A DNA stretch of 64,000 bases from NCBI GenBank assembly GCA_964291655.2, contig OZ219802.1, forward strand, positions 512,001-576,000. The letters run 5' to 3'. This DNA comes from Chloroflexota bacterium. GTDB taxonomy: Bacteria; Chloroflexota; UBA11872; VXOZ01. Shown here in pieces: positions 29,422-40,705 of the stretch. The notes beneath the pieces were generated by a model. The model worked only from the letters and a program-made list of their open reading frames with translations. It did no database searches and was not told the DNA's origin. Both the position numbers and the translations under genes were made by a program. Each line of letters opens with the position of its first letter. The first letter of the stretch is position 1.

Positions 29422-32154
29422 CTAGGACCGCCTTGACACTCGGCCTCTCAGAAACCGGCCCCGCTTAATCCAAGACAGACGAGATAGGTACTGCAGTGGG
29501 CTGCGCAGCACATTCTCAGCCGCTATTCCTAACTGTGGAATGCGCACAGACCGCAGCACAGCACCGAAGAGTCCGAGCTCATACCACGTGAATCGGAGAC
29601 GGCGCACACCAATGTCTGCGACAAAGAGAAGCAGCGCGACGACCACAAGCGGCTGCCAAAAAGGCCGGTTATACCCTTCGGGGGGTGGTCGGTCATGCCG
29701 AAAGGCTTCCGGCGCATCTGTAAGGACCTGACCGCCGGTCACAACCGCGAGACGACGCAGCAGCCGAAAGTCAGTCTCGAAACTCAAGAATTCAGCTGCC
29801 ACGGGCACCACCGCACCGGTGATCTGCTCGACAACGGGCGTATCTTCATCGTACTGCGTGATTCGGAGCGCGTACACGCCAGGCTTATCCGCGGTAAGCG
29901 TGCCCTCATAACGTCCCGGCGCTGTCTGCGGCAAAGTGAGTGAGAACGCCCGCTGTTCCGGACCGGCTACCTCTACCTGCGTATTGAGCAAATTGCGGAT
30001 GTTTCCCTGCTCATCTACCGAGTCTACGGCAACCGTTACGTCACTACCGTCCACCCGCACCTGCGTCGCAAATTGCGGATTGAGCGGGCTTGGCATCGTC
30101 CAACGCACCATTTGCGCCCAGAAGCGTTGATTCTGGGGCCATTCACCCCAGTCTGCCGCCCAATCCTGTCCGGCGTCACTCGTCCAGGCCACTGCGCGTC
30201 CTAACCCGTATTGCCATTGCGCCAGGATCACCTCACTGGTGTCGGACAGTAGCGGAGTCTCGGCTGCGGGCTTTGGCTCCGTGCGCACGAAAGCAGTGAG
30301 ATTTGGCAGGGAATCCGGCAGGATGGCGCGGAGGATGGGGCTGGCAGTCACGACACGCGGCTGAAAGAGGCGACTCATAACCAGCGTGCGGCTGGCGCGC
30401 TGGCTCTCCTTGGTAACAACCTGAGGGATATTCTCCGGCACGTCGGCATAGTAGTACCTGCCGTCGCCCAACCTCACGAGACGTTGTAGCAGATTCTGGT
30501 CCGCATCAGCCCCGATCGCCACTGCCGAAAGGGTGATGTGATCCCGCCGCATGCGGGTCATCAATGTTTCCCAGAGGCCAGGGGCCGACGTTGACTGGCC
30601 GTCTGTTACCAGAATGATGTGCTTCACCTGCGCCGGGGTGCGGCGGAGTGTATCGTAGGCGAGTTGCAGCGCGTTATAGATGTCGGTGCCGCCGCCGGCT
30701 TCAATAGTAGCCACGCGCCGCACGACGTTCCTGGCGTCGTCGGCATTATTCACCGGCGCGGGACGCACGACCCATTGTGGTGAGTACTCGAATGCCAACA
30801 CGCCAAGCACGTCGCCGGTCTCCAATATTTCAACTGCTTGCGCTGCAGCCTCGCGCGCCATGGCAATCTTGGATACCGGGGATCCTTCGTTCATGCTGCC
30901 CGACTTGTCGATGAGCAAGGCCAGAGCCAGAGTTGGCAGTTCCTCATGGTCCGGCGGCTGTGAAATGACGGGCAGGGCGTGTTCCAAGGGCGTGCCGCCG
31001 TAATCGCCCATGCCGAAGGCTGCCGCGCCGCCAAGGGCGACAAGCCCGCCGCCAAAGCGCTGCACGTATTCCTGAAGCGCGGACATCTGTTGTGTCGTAA
31101 GTTGAGAGGCCGGCACGTTGACGAGGACGACACTCGATACACCGTCCAAGTCCTCCGGTCGGCCGGGAAGCTGGGCCGGTCCTACATTCCGGGCTTGAAT
31201 TCCTGCGGCCTGGAGGGCCTGCGTGAGGATTATGGCATCGCCAATCGTGTTTTCCACCACCAGGACTACGCCCTTTGGTCCCACCTGCGAGTAGCCATAG
31301 GCGTCGTTGTTCTGCGGACGCTGATCGTCCGGCGCCACCACCTGGGCGCGGAATGAGTAGAAGCCTTCTTCCACACCGGGCTGCTGGATCGTAAATGTGT
31401 TCTGCCCATACACAAGCGCAACCGGCCCCTCGCTGACAAGCGTCTCGTTCATGAAGAGACGCAACAGCGCCTCCCCTTGCGTTGTGGATGCCACCGTAAC
31501 CCGCACCTCAAAGCTCTCTTCCGCCCGCAGGGCGGTGGGAGGCGCCACCTCGACGACGGCTGCGTCTACACCCGGCTGAGCCAAGAGCGGTACAACGTCT
31601 ATCTGCACGCCCTGCGCCGCTACTACTTCCGCAGCACGCATGACGTCGCCAGCCGTTTGATTGCCGTCGGATATGAGCACGATGCGTTTCGGCGCGTCCG
31701 GCGGAAAGAGAGACGCGGCTACCTCCAGCGCATCAGCAATGTTCGTGCGCTCATCGACACCTGCAAGGTCATCACCCTCAACGAGGTCGCTGCGACCAAA
31801 CGGGAGTTCAATACGTGTGTCCGTCCCAAAAGTCAAGAGCGCAAACGTGTCATCAGGAGAGCGCGTCTCAGCCGCCCTATCAATCCATTGACGTGCGGCA
31901 GACTGAGTAGCCGGTGTCACGCTGGCAGAGGTATCCAACAAGAAGATCGTATTGACCGGCCCACCCGCCAACGGCAGCCGCAACCCGGCCAGCGCCACGA
32001 TGAGCAGCGTGACTGCGCACAGACGCAGCGTCGTTGCCAGGACGAGCGTACGCCGCGAAAGCTGCATCACGCCATGCCGGGCAACGAGTATTACGACCCC
32101 CCACGCGAGAGGGAGCAAAATCAGCAGCCACGGCTGTGTGAAAAAAGCAAACAT
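29422..32154 (-). CDS. membrane protein with two VWA domains and a glutamine-amidotransferase-like domain
   Basis: MIDAS motifs DTSAS and DKSGS, SDGN/TDGQ, GGGLVALGG, WQYGLGRAVAWTSD. Confidence 0.88.
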   Translation of the reverse strand: MFAFFTQPWLLILLPLAWGVVILVARHGVMQLSRRTLVLATTLRLCAVTLLIVALAGLRLPLAGGPVNTIFLLDTSASVTPATQSAARQWIDRAAETRSPDDTFALLTFGTDTRIELPFGRSDLVEGDDLAGVDERTNIADALEVAASLFPPDAPKRIVLISDGNQTAGDVMRAAEVVAAQGVQIDVVPLLAQPGVDAAVVEVAPPTALRAEESFEVRVTVASTTQGEALLRLFMNETLVSEGPVALVYGQNTFTIQQPGVEEGFYSFRAQVVAPDDQRPQNNDAYGYSQVGPKGVVLVVENTIGDAIILTQALQAAGIQARNVGPAQLPGRPEDLDGVSSVVLVNVPASQLTTQQMSALQEYVQRFGGGLVALGGAAAFGMGDYGGTPLEHALPVISQPPDHEELPTLALALLIDKSGSMNEGSPVSKIAMAREAAAQAVEILETGDVLGVLAFEYSPQWVVRPAPVNNADDARNVVRRVATIEAGGGTDIYNALQLAYDTLRRTPAQVKHIILVTDGQSTSAPGLWETLMTRMRRDHITLSAVAIGADADQNLLQRLVRLGDGRYYYADVPENIPQVVTKESQRASRTLVMSRLFQPRVVTASPILRAILPDSLPNLTAFVRTEPKPAAETPLLSDTSEVILAQWQYGLGRAVAWTSDAGQDWAADWGEWPQNQRFWAQMVRWTMPSPLNPQFATQVRVDGSDVTVAVDSVDEQGNIRNLLNTQVEVAGPEQRAFSLTLPQTAPGRYEGTLTADKPGVYALRITQYDEDTPVVEQITGAVVPVAAEFLSFETDFRLLRRLAVVTGGQVLTDAPEAFRHDRPPPEGYNRPFWQPLVVVALLLFVADIGVRRLRFTWYELGLFGAVLRSVRIPQLGIAAENVLRSPLQYLSRLSWIKRGRFLRGRVSRRS

Positions 32155-32156
32155 CG

Positions 32157-34004
32157 CTACGTCCGCACGCGGTGGTACCACACCCATTCAAAGAGCAAGA
32201 CAAACAGCACTACCAGAGCCAGGAATCTCCAGATTTCCTGGAAGACCGGCAGATCGATTGGAGGCACCGCTGCCCTGCTACTTTCGAGCGCGGCAATCTG
32301 ATTCCCTACATTCGTTTCCGCCACTTCCTGGAGACTCACAATGAACACTTCGCTGTAGATCTCTTGTGCCCCCGCGAAGTGCACCACGCGGTAAACGCCG
32401 AGCTCCTCAGTGTCTGAATAGGGAATGCGCTGTCTACCGGCAAACGATACGCGTCCGCCACCCGGCTTATCCACAACCAGGCGATCGGCATGCGGGTGCA
32501 AACCCAGCTCTATCACGTCCTGGGGTTGAACGTGTGAGACAGTTTCTTGGATGCGGTACGGGTTGAGCCATTGGTAGATGTTGCCAATCAAGACCGGAAA
32601 CGCCGTGCGCAATGGGAGATTACTCTGCATCAAGGAGAATGAGAATACCACCATGCGCCGCCCATCCAACGTGCCACTGAAGAGCAACGGCCCTCTGGTG
32701 CTGCCGATAAGCTCATCTGCCCATGGCGGCAGTTCCATACGCTGTGCGCGCGCAACGCGCAGATCACGAATCTCCACGAATTGCATGAGCGGATGGTCTT
32801 GCGCCAGGTAGTCAAGCGGCGGCGCCACGATTTCTCCGCTTACCGGCAAGAACGGCGAGCCCGCGGGCGGATTGAATATGAGCCAGTTGCCGGGAGGGAG
32901 CTCGGACGGGAGCCAGCCATCGAAGATATAGAGGTCGTACACCTCTGCCGGGCGAAATTCTACCGGACGCACGTGATCGAGCGCCAGAAATGGCAATGGC
33001 GCAAATACTGTGTTTAGGAAGAATGGCGTATCCGATACCAAGAGGGCTCGCAATACCGGCGGCGGCATCAGAATGGCTGCCGTGCGGTCGTCCGCCGCCA
33101 ACGCATCTTGGTGAACGAGCACAGCATCAACTCGTGAGACGCCCGCAGGAAACTCACCAAAGACGAGATCCAGCGATGAGCCGGAATCTGGAAACGGCAC
33201 CAGATTGATGTCGCGTCGCTCTAGCGGCTGACCGTCTGCCAAAATAACGAGAGGCACGGTTACTGACTGAGCGCTGAAGTTCTGCACCTGGACAAATGCC
33301 TGCAGGCTATCGAGGTGACGGCGGATGGCGAATGCGCTGATACCTTGGTTGTCTGCCGGGATACCCACCCGTACGAAATGAACCGTCGCATTCAGTGATT
33401 CAGGTACGTTTGGCGCAGGGAAGCTGCCGTCCGTATACAGATAGACCTCGCTGCCCGGCAAAGACTCTGCCAATGATACTGCCAGTTGCAGAGCGCGCTC
33501 GCTGTCGCCCACCGTAGCAGTCTGCTCTATAGCACTGACGGCATCGCGCGCAGACCGCGTATCCCGGGTCTGGTAGGCCAGAATTGCCGGCTGGCTGCCG
33601 AAACTTACCACAGTCAACCGGTCGCCCGGCTCGGTGATAGACACCTGCTCGAGTGCGGCTGCTTTGGCCGCTTCCAGCCGCGTCGTGTCGCCGCTTGCTA
33701 CGCTCATACTAGCCGAGGCATCGATAACGTGTACCACGTGCCGTTGCGGCAGGGTGTCCGCCGTACGCTCGGGACGCGCCAGCACAAGGGCCAGCAAAAG
33801 GATTGCGAGGAGCTGCAGGAATAGGAGCAAGTGACGCCGGAGCCGCTGCCACAACGTGAGCGCCTGCTCGCGCTGTACCAAGTCGCGCCAGAGGAAGATG
33901 CTCGGCACTTCAACCCGCAGACTTCGCGGCCGCAAAATGTAGAAGAGCAGCACTAGCCCCGCGAGCGCTCCCCACGCGAGAGCCAATGGGACCAGCAAGC
34001 TCAT
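32157..34004 (-). CDS. BatA/VWA domain protein
   Basis: N-terminal LLFYIL..VPSIFLW..LARP (BatA-like), DASASM, TDG, C-terminal LLFEW. Confidence 0.88.
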   Translation of the reverse strand: MSLLVPLALAWGALAGLVLLFYILRPRSLRVEVPSIFLWRDLVQREQALTLWQRLRRHLLLFLQLLAILLLALVLARPERTADTLPQRHVVHVIDASASMSVASGDTTRLEAAKAAALEQVSITEPGDRLTVVSFGSQPAILAYQTRDTRSARDAVSAIEQTATVGDSERALQLAVSLAESLPGSEVYLYTDGSFPAPNVPESLNATVHFVRVGIPADNQGISAFAIRRHLDSLQAFVQVQNFSAQSVTVPLVILADGQPLERRDINLVPFPDSGSSLDLVFGEFPAGVSRVDAVLVHQDALAADDRTAAILMPPPVLRALLVSDTPFFLNTVFAPLPFLALDHVRPVEFRPAEVYDLYIFDGWLPSELPPGNWLIFNPPAGSPFLPVSGEIVAPPLDYLAQDHPLMQFVEIRDLRVARAQRMELPPWADELIGSTRGPLLFSGTLDGRRMVVFSFSLMQSNLPLRTAFPVLIGNIYQWLNPYRIQETVSHVQPQDVIELGLHPHADRLVVDKPGGGRVSFAGRQRIPYSDTEELGVYRVVHFAGAQEIYSEVFIVSLQEVAETNVGNQIAALESSRAAVPPIDLPVFQEIWRFLALVVLFVLLFEWVWYHRVRT

Positions 34005-34888
34005 AGAACGACTCTCCGCAACAGTCGCTGGAACACCACCTCTTCCAGCGGCCAAGACGTCTCAAGTCGCACGTAGCGCGCATTGCGCCGCCCGCAAAAC
34101 GTCTCGAGCTGGTCTGCCCAGTCGAGTACGTGCTCACGGTATTGATTGAGCGTCTCTGCGTCTGCCGCGATGTTGATAGTCCGGCCTGTCTCGCGGTCGA
34201 CCAGACTCAATTCGCCGCTCATTTCCGGGTCGATCTCGGCCCAATCAAGCACGTGGAGCAAGACAAGCTCATTCCCGGCCTCCTGAATCGCCGTAATGCC
34301 GCGGTACGCGTCTTCGGTCATCATGTCCGAGATCAGGATCACCAGGCCGCGTTGGGCGTTCCGCGCGACATAGTTGCGAGTGGCGGAGACAAGCGACGTA
34401 GTGCCGCCTACCGGTTGCGCCTGTTCGAGAAAGTCAAAGTAGCGCAGAATGAATGCTCTTCCTTGAGCGGGCGGAAAATACTGTTCAGTCGATTCGCCGA
34501 ATATCGCACCGGAGAGCACGTCGTCACGGTTGAGCGCAATGTATCCCAGACTCCCGGCCAAAGACTTTGCATACGAGAATTTATTCTGCCGGCCCCAATC
34601 CATGGACCGGCTCCCGTCAACGAGTACGTGAACGGCGAGATGTTCCTCCGCTTCGCGCAGCTTGATGTAGAGGCGGTTTGAGCGGCCAAAGACGTTCCAG
34701 TCGATGTGGCGAAAGTCATCGCCGGGGCTATAGTTGCGATAGTCGGCGAATTCGATTGAAGAGCCGAACTGCCGACTCCGCCTGCCGCCGCCGGTCACCA
34801 TGCCGTAGCCGCGCCGGCTGATGAGTTGCAGCCGGTCCAGCCGCCGCAAGAACGCATGGTCAATTGCTGCCGAAGGACTCGGCTTCAT
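34001..34888 (-). CDS. DUF58 domain protein
   Basis: GSSIEFADYRNYSPGDDFRHIDWN, DGSRSM, ISD. Confidence 0.93.
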   Translation of the reverse strand: MKPSPSAAIDHAFLRRLDRLQLISRRGYGMVTGGGRRSRQFGSSIEFADYRNYSPGDDFRHIDWNVFGRSNRLYIKLREAEEHLAVHVLVDGSRSMDWGRQNKFSYAKSLAGSLGYIALNRDDVLSGAIFGESTEQYFPPAQGRAFILRYFDFLEQAQPVGGTTSLVSATRNYVARNAQRGLVILISDMMTEDAYRGITAIQEAGNELVLLHVLDWAEIDPEMSGELSLVDRETGRTINIAADAETLNQYREHVLDWADQLETFCGRRNARYVRLETSWPLEEVVFQRLLRRVVL

Positions 34889-35886
34889 TCTTCACTTTCC
34901 GGTGAGATCGTCATTACCAGCTCATCGATGACCGTATCCGCAGTAATTCCTTCCGCTTCGGCCTCGAAGTTTAGGATGAGCCTGTGGCGCAGCGTCTGGT
35001 GCGCTACCTCGCGAATGTCATCAAAGGATACGTTATAGCGTTCATCGAATAACGCCCGCACCTTGCCCGCCAGCACTAGGGTCTGCGCACCGCGTGGCGA
35101 CGCGCCGTAGCGCACGTAGTTGCGCGTAATCTGCGGCGCCTCAGAAGAGTCTGGGTCCGTAGCCGTAATCAGACGCACGGCGTAGCGCAAGACGTGAGAG
35201 GCGATCGGCACCTGCCGGACGAGCACTTGCAGCGCCAGTATGTCTTGCGTCGTGGCCACCTTGCGCACCGCGGGCACCTCATCTGTGGTAGTGCGCAGCA
35301 CGATTTCCTCCAATTCCGACGCATCGGGGTAGTCCACGATGATCTTGAAAAAGAACCGGTCGAGCTGCGCTTCCGGCAGCGGATAGGTGCCTTCCATTTC
35401 GATGGGATTCTGGGTCGCCATCACAAAGAACGGGATCGGCAGGTCATGCAGTGAGTTCCCTACAGTAACCGTGCGCTCGTGCATGGCTTCCAGCAGCGCC
35501 GACTGTGTCTTGGGCGTGGCTCGGTTGATCTCATCCGCCAAGACCAGGTTGTTGAAAATCGGTCCCTGTTCAAAGCGGAAATAGCGGTTATCTTGCTGGT
35601 CCTCGGTGATAACTGTCGTGCCGGTGATGTCAGCCGGCATGAGATCAGGCGTGAATTGAACCCTACCGTACCGCAGATCGAGAACTTCCCCAAGGGTTTT
35701 GACCAACTCTGTCTTGCCCAAACCGGGTACACCTTCAAGCAGGGCGTGTCCGCCGGCAAGCAGACAAATCAACACATTGTCGACGACTGCTTGCTGACCA
35801 ACGATTACTTTCCCCAGCTCGGCGCGGATGTCTTGGCTGAGCGTCTGGAAGTGTTCGATCCGTTCTTCGGTCGGCCGTGAGATCAT
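34885..35886 (-). CDS. moxR: MoxR family AAA+ ATPase
   Basis: LLEGVPGLGKT, QFTPDLMPAD, LADEINRA, ATQNPIEMEGTYPLPEAQLDRF; ATGA coupling to neighbours. Confidence 0.95.
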   Translation of the reverse strand: MISRPTEERIEHFQTLSQDIRAELGKVIVGQQAVVDNVLICLLAGGHALLEGVPGLGKTELVKTLGEVLDLRYGRVQFTPDLMPADITGTTVITEDQQDNRYFRFEQGPIFNNLVLADEINRATPKTQSALLEAMHERTVTVGNSLHDLPIPFFVMATQNPIEMEGTYPLPEAQLDRFFFKIIVDYPDASELEEIVLRTTTDEVPAVRKVATTQDILALQVLVRQVPIASHVLRYAVRLITATDPDSSEAPQITRNYVRYGASPRGAQTLVLAGKVRALFDERYNVSFDDIREVAHQTLRHRLILNFEAEAEGITADTVIDELVMTISPESEE

Positions 35887-37595
35887 TGTGACTGCTCCAT
35901 AGCATTTGAGAGGGCGTTGAAGTACTTCTGCACGTAGTCGGCGACCGTCCAGGGCACAAAGTGACTGGCGCCGCCAGTGGAAATGATCGCGTTGCCGGCA
36001 TCGGTTACGCCAAATTGGGCGGGAGCCGTTCCAGGACCGGGAATAGTTACCGGTGCGCGTTGCGGCGACCAAAGAGACGGTCCAACACCTCTGTCCGCCA
36101 AGACAACCGATGGCCTCTGTTCAATCTGCAGGCGCGGAGCTTCCGGCCCAGGTTGGAATGACTCTTCGCCGCGATTGCCGCCACCCTGGCTTGGGCCGCC
36201 CGGCGCCGCCTGGAGTTGCCACGAATCCTGCTGCTGCGCCGGGCCCGATTGCTCCGTTACGCCTGAAGTATTAAACGCCTGCTGGCCTTGCGTTCCTTGC
36301 CGCTGCGCATCCCCCTGTTGACCTCCTGAATCTTCTCCACCGGCGCCGGCTCGGAGTTGCTCGGTTTGCTGTTCCAACTGCTGCTGTGCCTGGATGCGCT
36401 GCCCCCGTTCCTGAATGGCATCGCCAAGTTCCTGCAGCTCACGCTCCGTTGCCCGGTCATTGTACGAGGCGACCTCCCGGCTCACGTCTGCCAACTCCTG
36501 GGCTAGTCTCGGATCGGCCTGTTGAGCGCGCTCCGCAGCCTTGGCGAACGCGTCAGTCATGTCATTGCGGTCCTCCCGTGAAAGGTCGCGCACCTGTCGC
36601 GCCAACTCTTCAAGCGCTTGCGAAGCCTGATCGTAGTTGCCACGTTCCAGATTCTGCCCGGCTTCGCGAGAAGGTCGTGCCTGTGCAAGCTCTCGTCCCA
36701 CGTCAGCGAGCGCGGTTGCTTGCTGGTCGACATGGGGGTTCCGCGACTCTTCTAGCTGCTGGGCAAGATCGGCGAAGCTCGCCTCCCCTTCGTTGCCCTG
36801 GGCGGTTTCTCCTTCTTCTGCTGCTTGGCCTTGTTGCGCCAGATTCTGTTGCTGATCGAGGTCCGCCTGCGTGAGCAACGGCTGATTCTGGTTCTGTTGT
36901 TCCGCCGCCTGCGCTCCTTCAGGCTGGGCAAGGTCCTCGTTCACCGCAGGGCCCTGTACCTCTTCACCCACCACGAATGCGTCCGGAGTCGTGCGCTCCA
37001 GCAGCGTTCCCTCTCGCACCGCCGCTACCTGATACGCGAGAGGGGCAAGCGGCGCGAGTTGACCGGCCATATAGGGAAAGACCTCCCAAAGAAACAGCGC
37101 CACAGCGCTTAAGACGAGAAGCAGCACGTCTCTTTGCGGAATGCGGATTGGGAACACCTGTCTGGGCCGGATCTTCTGCGCATGTTGCCATGCGTCATCG
37201 AGCAAGACTGCTTTGAAGGGGCTCTCCGGAGCACGGCCCATCACTTCCACCGCCGTGGCAAGACGTTCCGACAGCGCCAATCGAGAGTCGTAGGCTTTGG
37301 CAATGTCAAGCGTGCTCAGCCGCCGCAACAAGATAGGGACCACCAAGGCCAAGAACCCGACAAGGGCTATGACAAGACTAATCGCAAAGACAGGAAACTG
37401 CGGGACGAGGAGTGACCCAACGAGAGAGAAGCCGACGTACAGCAGCGCTGTCACCCATAGGGCTCGCACACCTCGCAGCAGCACCGCGAGCAGCCGCAAC
37501 CGCCGGCCGAATCGCGTTAGTTGGTGGGCGTAGATCGACGCCGAGGCTGCGCCCTGCTCAGAGTAATCCGCAGATGAAGATGCTGTCTTCGACAA
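35883..37595 (-). CDS. membrane-anchored Q/E-rich coiled-coil protein of the MoxR operon
   Basis: N-terminal TM helices, LSERLATA, long Q/E/A-rich region, C-terminal YVQKYF. Confidence 0.75.
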   Translation of the reverse strand: MSKTASSSADYSEQGAASASIYAHQLTRFGRRLRLLAVLLRGVRALWVTALLYVGFSLVGSLLVPQFPVFAISLVIALVGFLALVVPILLRRLSTLDIAKAYDSRLALSERLATAVEVMGRAPESPFKAVLLDDAWQHAQKIRPRQVFPIRIPQRDVLLLVLSAVALFLWEVFPYMAGQLAPLAPLAYQVAAVREGTLLERTTPDAFVVGEEVQGPAVNEDLAQPEGAQAAEQQNQNQPLLTQADLDQQQNLAQQGQAAEEGETAQGNEGEASFADLAQQLEESRNPHVDQQATALADVGRELAQARPSREAGQNLERGNYDQASQALEELARQVRDLSREDRNDMTDAFAKAAERAQQADPRLAQELADVSREVASYNDRATERELQELGDAIQERGQRIQAQQQLEQQTEQLRAGAGGEDSGGQQGDAQRQGTQGQQAFNTSGVTEQSGPAQQQDSWQLQAAPGGPSQGGGNRGEESFQPGPEAPRLQIEQRPSVVLADRGVGPSLWSPQRAPVTIPGPGTAPAQFGVTDAGNAIISTGGASHFVPWTVADYVQKYFNALSNAMEQSQ

Positions 37596-37919
37596 GGTCG
37601 CCTCGCTGATTGGTGCTTCCTATCGCAGGTTGCTGCGGCCGAATTGCAGCCGACGGCGGCCTAAACGAGGGCAGCTACATCGGCGGATGCCTCTCGAACA
37701 TCATGATTTCCAGCGCACATTCGCCGGCGTACGAACGTAGTAAGAACGGTCGCAGCCTGCCCCGAATGTGCATCGCTACCTGCCTCAATCTTACCTGACA
37801 ACCGCATATGCGTAAACGCAGCCGTGATTGAAGCGCCTGAAACGCTATGCTATTATGGCACCCAAACATGCACCGAACTTGGCAAGAGAGCTACGCTCTG
37901 TTGTATGCAGGAGGACACG

Positions 37920-39881
37920 ATGGCATCAGAATCCGGCAGTACTATTGAAGCCCTTTTGGAGGAGCAACGGCTCTTTGCTTCGCCCGATGAATTCGCAAAG
38001 AACGCCTACGTCAATGATGATGCGGTGTTTTCGCAAGCCGCTGCAGATCCCGAAGCCTTTTGGGCATCCGTCGCGGAAGAACTGCACTGGTTCAAGAAAT
38101 GGGATCAGGTGCTGGACGAATCCGATCCGCCATTCTTCAAGTGGTTCGTAGGCGGCAAGCTGAACATCACGTATAACTGCCTGGACCGCCATCTGAATTC
38201 TTGGAGGCGCAACAAGGCCGCCATCATATGGGAAGGCGAGCCCGGCGACCAAGTCGTGCTTACGTACTACGACTTGTGGCGAGAAGTGAGCAAGTTCGCG
38301 AACGCTCTCAAGGGTCTTGGCGTGAAGCGCGGCGACCGCGTGACCCTTTACATGGGCATGGTGCCTGAGCTGGCAATCGCCATGCTAGCGTGTGCCCGCA
38401 TTGGCGCCCCGCACAGCATCGTATTCGGCGGTTTTAGCGCGGAGGCCCTTGCCGACCGCATCAATGACGCCCAGGGAAACGTGCTCGTCACCTGCGACGG
38501 CGGTTGGCGGCGCGGCAGCATTGTGCCGCTCAAGCGCATGGCCGATGACGCTGTGGATCGCTGCCCCACCATCGAGAGCGTGATCGTGGTGAAACGCATC
38601 GGTGACGAAGCCGATATTGAAATGAAGGAGGGGCGCGACCACTGGTGGCACGACCTCATGGACTCTGCCGATCTGCGCTGCGAGCCTGAGGAAATGGACG
38701 CCGAGGACATGCTCTATATCCTCTATACCAGCGGAACTACCGGCAAGCCCAAGGGCATTGTGCACACTACCGGCGGCTATTCCACACAGACCTATCTCAC
38801 GACGAAGTGGGTCTTCGACATGAAAGATGACGACGTGTACTGGTGTACGGCCGACATCGGCTGGGTCACGGGTCACTCGTACATCATCTACGGTCCGCTG
38901 CAGAACGGCGCCACGACCGTCATGTACGAGGGCGCACCGGACTTCCCCGGCCGTGACCGCTTCTGGGACGTCGTGGAAAAGTACGGTGTCACCATTCTCT
39001 ATACCGCGCCGACCGCCATTCGCGCTTTTATGCGCTGGGGCGATAAGTATCCTGCAATGCACGACATGTCGAGCCTGCGCTTGCTGGGCTCCGTTGGCGA
39101 ACCGATTAATCCCGAAGCCTGGATTTGGTACCACGAGAACATCGGCGGCGAACGCTGTCCGATCGTGGACACCTGGTGGCAGACCGAGACCGGCGCGATC
39201 CTCATCTCACCACTGCCAGGCTACACAACCACGAAGCCGGGTTCGGCCACCAGGCCCATCCCCGGCATCACCGCGGCGATATTGGATGAGGCCGGGAATG
39301 AGGTGCCGGAAGGCGGCGGCTACCTGGTAATTCAGCGTCCTTGGCCCTCCATGCTGCGGACAATTTACGGCGATCCGGAGCGCTTCAAGGAGCAGTACTG
39401 GAGCCGCTACCCTGGGATTTACTTCACAGGCGACGGCGCCAAAATTGATTCAGACGGGTATTACTGGGTGCTCGGCCGCGTCGACGACGTGATGAACGTG
39501 GCGGGCCACCGTCTCTCAACCATGGAGATCGAAAGCGCGCTCGTTGACCATCAATCGGTGGCAGAAGCGGCCGTTATTGGCAAGACCCACGAACTCAAAG
39601 GCCAAGCAGTCTCTGCGTTCGTGCTTCTTAAAGAAGGCATAGACCCAGGCGACACGCTTCTCGATGAACTCAAGAAACACGTCGCACAGAAGATTGGTCC
39701 CATCGCGCGACCCGACGACATATTCTTCACTGCAGACCTGCCCAAGACCCGCAGCGGCAAGATCATGCGCCGCCTCTTGCGCGACGTCGCCGAAGGTCGT
39801 GCGCTGGGCGATACGACCACGCTGCTCGACGCGAACGTGGTAGAGAGCTTGCGCGGACAGTATGAAGATTCCGAAGGCTGA
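37920..39881 (+). CDS. acs: acetate--CoA ligase
   Basis: [43 protein letters not shown]; GGAGG RBS before ATG 37920. Confidence 0.97.
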   Translation: MASESGSTIEALLEEQRLFASPDEFAKNAYVNDDAVFSQAAADPEAFWASVAEELHWFKKWDQVLDESDPPFFKWFVGGKLNITYNCLDRHLNSWRRNKAAIIWEGEPGDQVVLTYYDLWREVSKFANALKGLGVKRGDRVTLYMGMVPELAIAMLACARIGAPHSIVFGGFSAEALADRINDAQGNVLVTCDGGWRRGSIVPLKRMADDAVDRCPTIESVIVVKRIGDEADIEMKEGRDHWWHDLMDSADLRCEPEEMDAEDMLYILYTSGTTGKPKGIVHTTGGYSTQTYLTTKWVFDMKDDDVYWCTADIGWVTGHSYIIYGPLQNGATTVMYEGAPDFPGRDRFWDVVEKYGVTILYTAPTAIRAFMRWGDKYPAMHDMSSLRLLGSVGEPINPEAWIWYHENIGGERCPIVDTWWQTETGAILISPLPGYTTTKPGSATRPIPGITAAILDEAGNEVPEGGGYLVIQRPWPSMLRTIYGDPERFKEQYWSRYPGIYFTGDGAKIDSDGYYWVLGRVDDVMNVAGHRLSTMEIESALVDHQSVAEAAVIGKTHELKGQAVSAFVLLKEGIDPGDTLLDELKKHVAQKIGPIARPDDIFFTADLPKTRSGKIMRRLLRDVAEGRALGDTTTLLDANVVESLRGQYEDSEG

Positions 39882-39935
39882 TAGACCTGATCGCTAACCT
39901 CATCGTGTGGTGCGTAGACGGATGAAACTAAAGCA

Positions 39936-39967
39936 AAGGGCTCTGTGGTGCTTGCCACAGAGCCCTT
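39936..39967. terminator. putative intrinsic terminator between convergent acs and HxlR genes
   Basis: 13-bp perfect stem AAGGGCTCTGTGG/CCACAGAGCCCTT with 6-nt loop. Confidence 0.65.
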
Positions 39968-40084
39968 GGTCGATTCATTGCCAAATGGAAGACCCACTGC
40001 CGAATCGTGCGTATGAAGCCCCTTAAATAGAAAATTTGCCATCGAGATGCGGTCGTCTCTTTGGCAAACCGTTGTCTTTGTTCT

Positions 40085-40465
40085 CTATTTCACTGCGACT
40101 GTGTGCGCACCGGCGGATGTAGCTACCAACTCTTCCTCATCGGGACTGAGCCACCGTTCACCGTACTCTCGCATGATCTCAAGTACCGGAACGAGCGCGC
40201 TGCCCTTCTCCGTCAGGGTGTATTCCACGCGCGGCGGAATTTCCGCAAAGGCCCGGCGCGTGATGATCTGCTCTTCTTCCAGGGTGCGGAGCCGCTCGAC
40301 CAATGTATTGGGGCTAATGCCCTCCAGAGAGCGCTCCAATGTGCAGAAGCGCTGCGGACTCTCAGCAAGGTCTCGCAAAATCAGCATTGTCCACCGACCG
40401 CAAATCAACGAGGCGGTACGCGCAATCGCGCACTCAGCTTCTTTGTCTGAACAGCGAGTGGACAT
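40085..40465 (-). CDS. HxlR family winged-helix transcriptional regulator
   Basis: CAIARTASLICGRWTMLILRDL, GISPNTL, PPRVEYTLTEKG. Confidence 0.92.
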   Translation of the reverse strand: MSTRCSDKEAECAIARTASLICGRWTMLILRDLAESPQRFCTLERSLEGISPNTLVERLRTLEEEQIITRRAFAEIPPRVEYTLTEKGSALVPVLEIMREYGERWLSPDEEELVATSAGAHTVAVK

Positions 40466-40705
40466 GGTCTTGCTCGATCTCCACTGTGGGCGTATTGCCC
40501 ACTATTACACTCGCGCCACCTAATTTCGATTGTAGCGTAGGCCTTGCGCGACGGTCAAACCGGCAAGTCAGTTTCCTTCCAGATTGGGCCCCCCTCGAGC
40601 GTTCTGTTACCAGTGTTTTCACTATCTTATGGGCCAAGCCATGTTGACGACCACACCCCCCATGCGCTATAAGAAGTCGGAGTGGCAGAAAGGTATTTGA
40701 GCACT

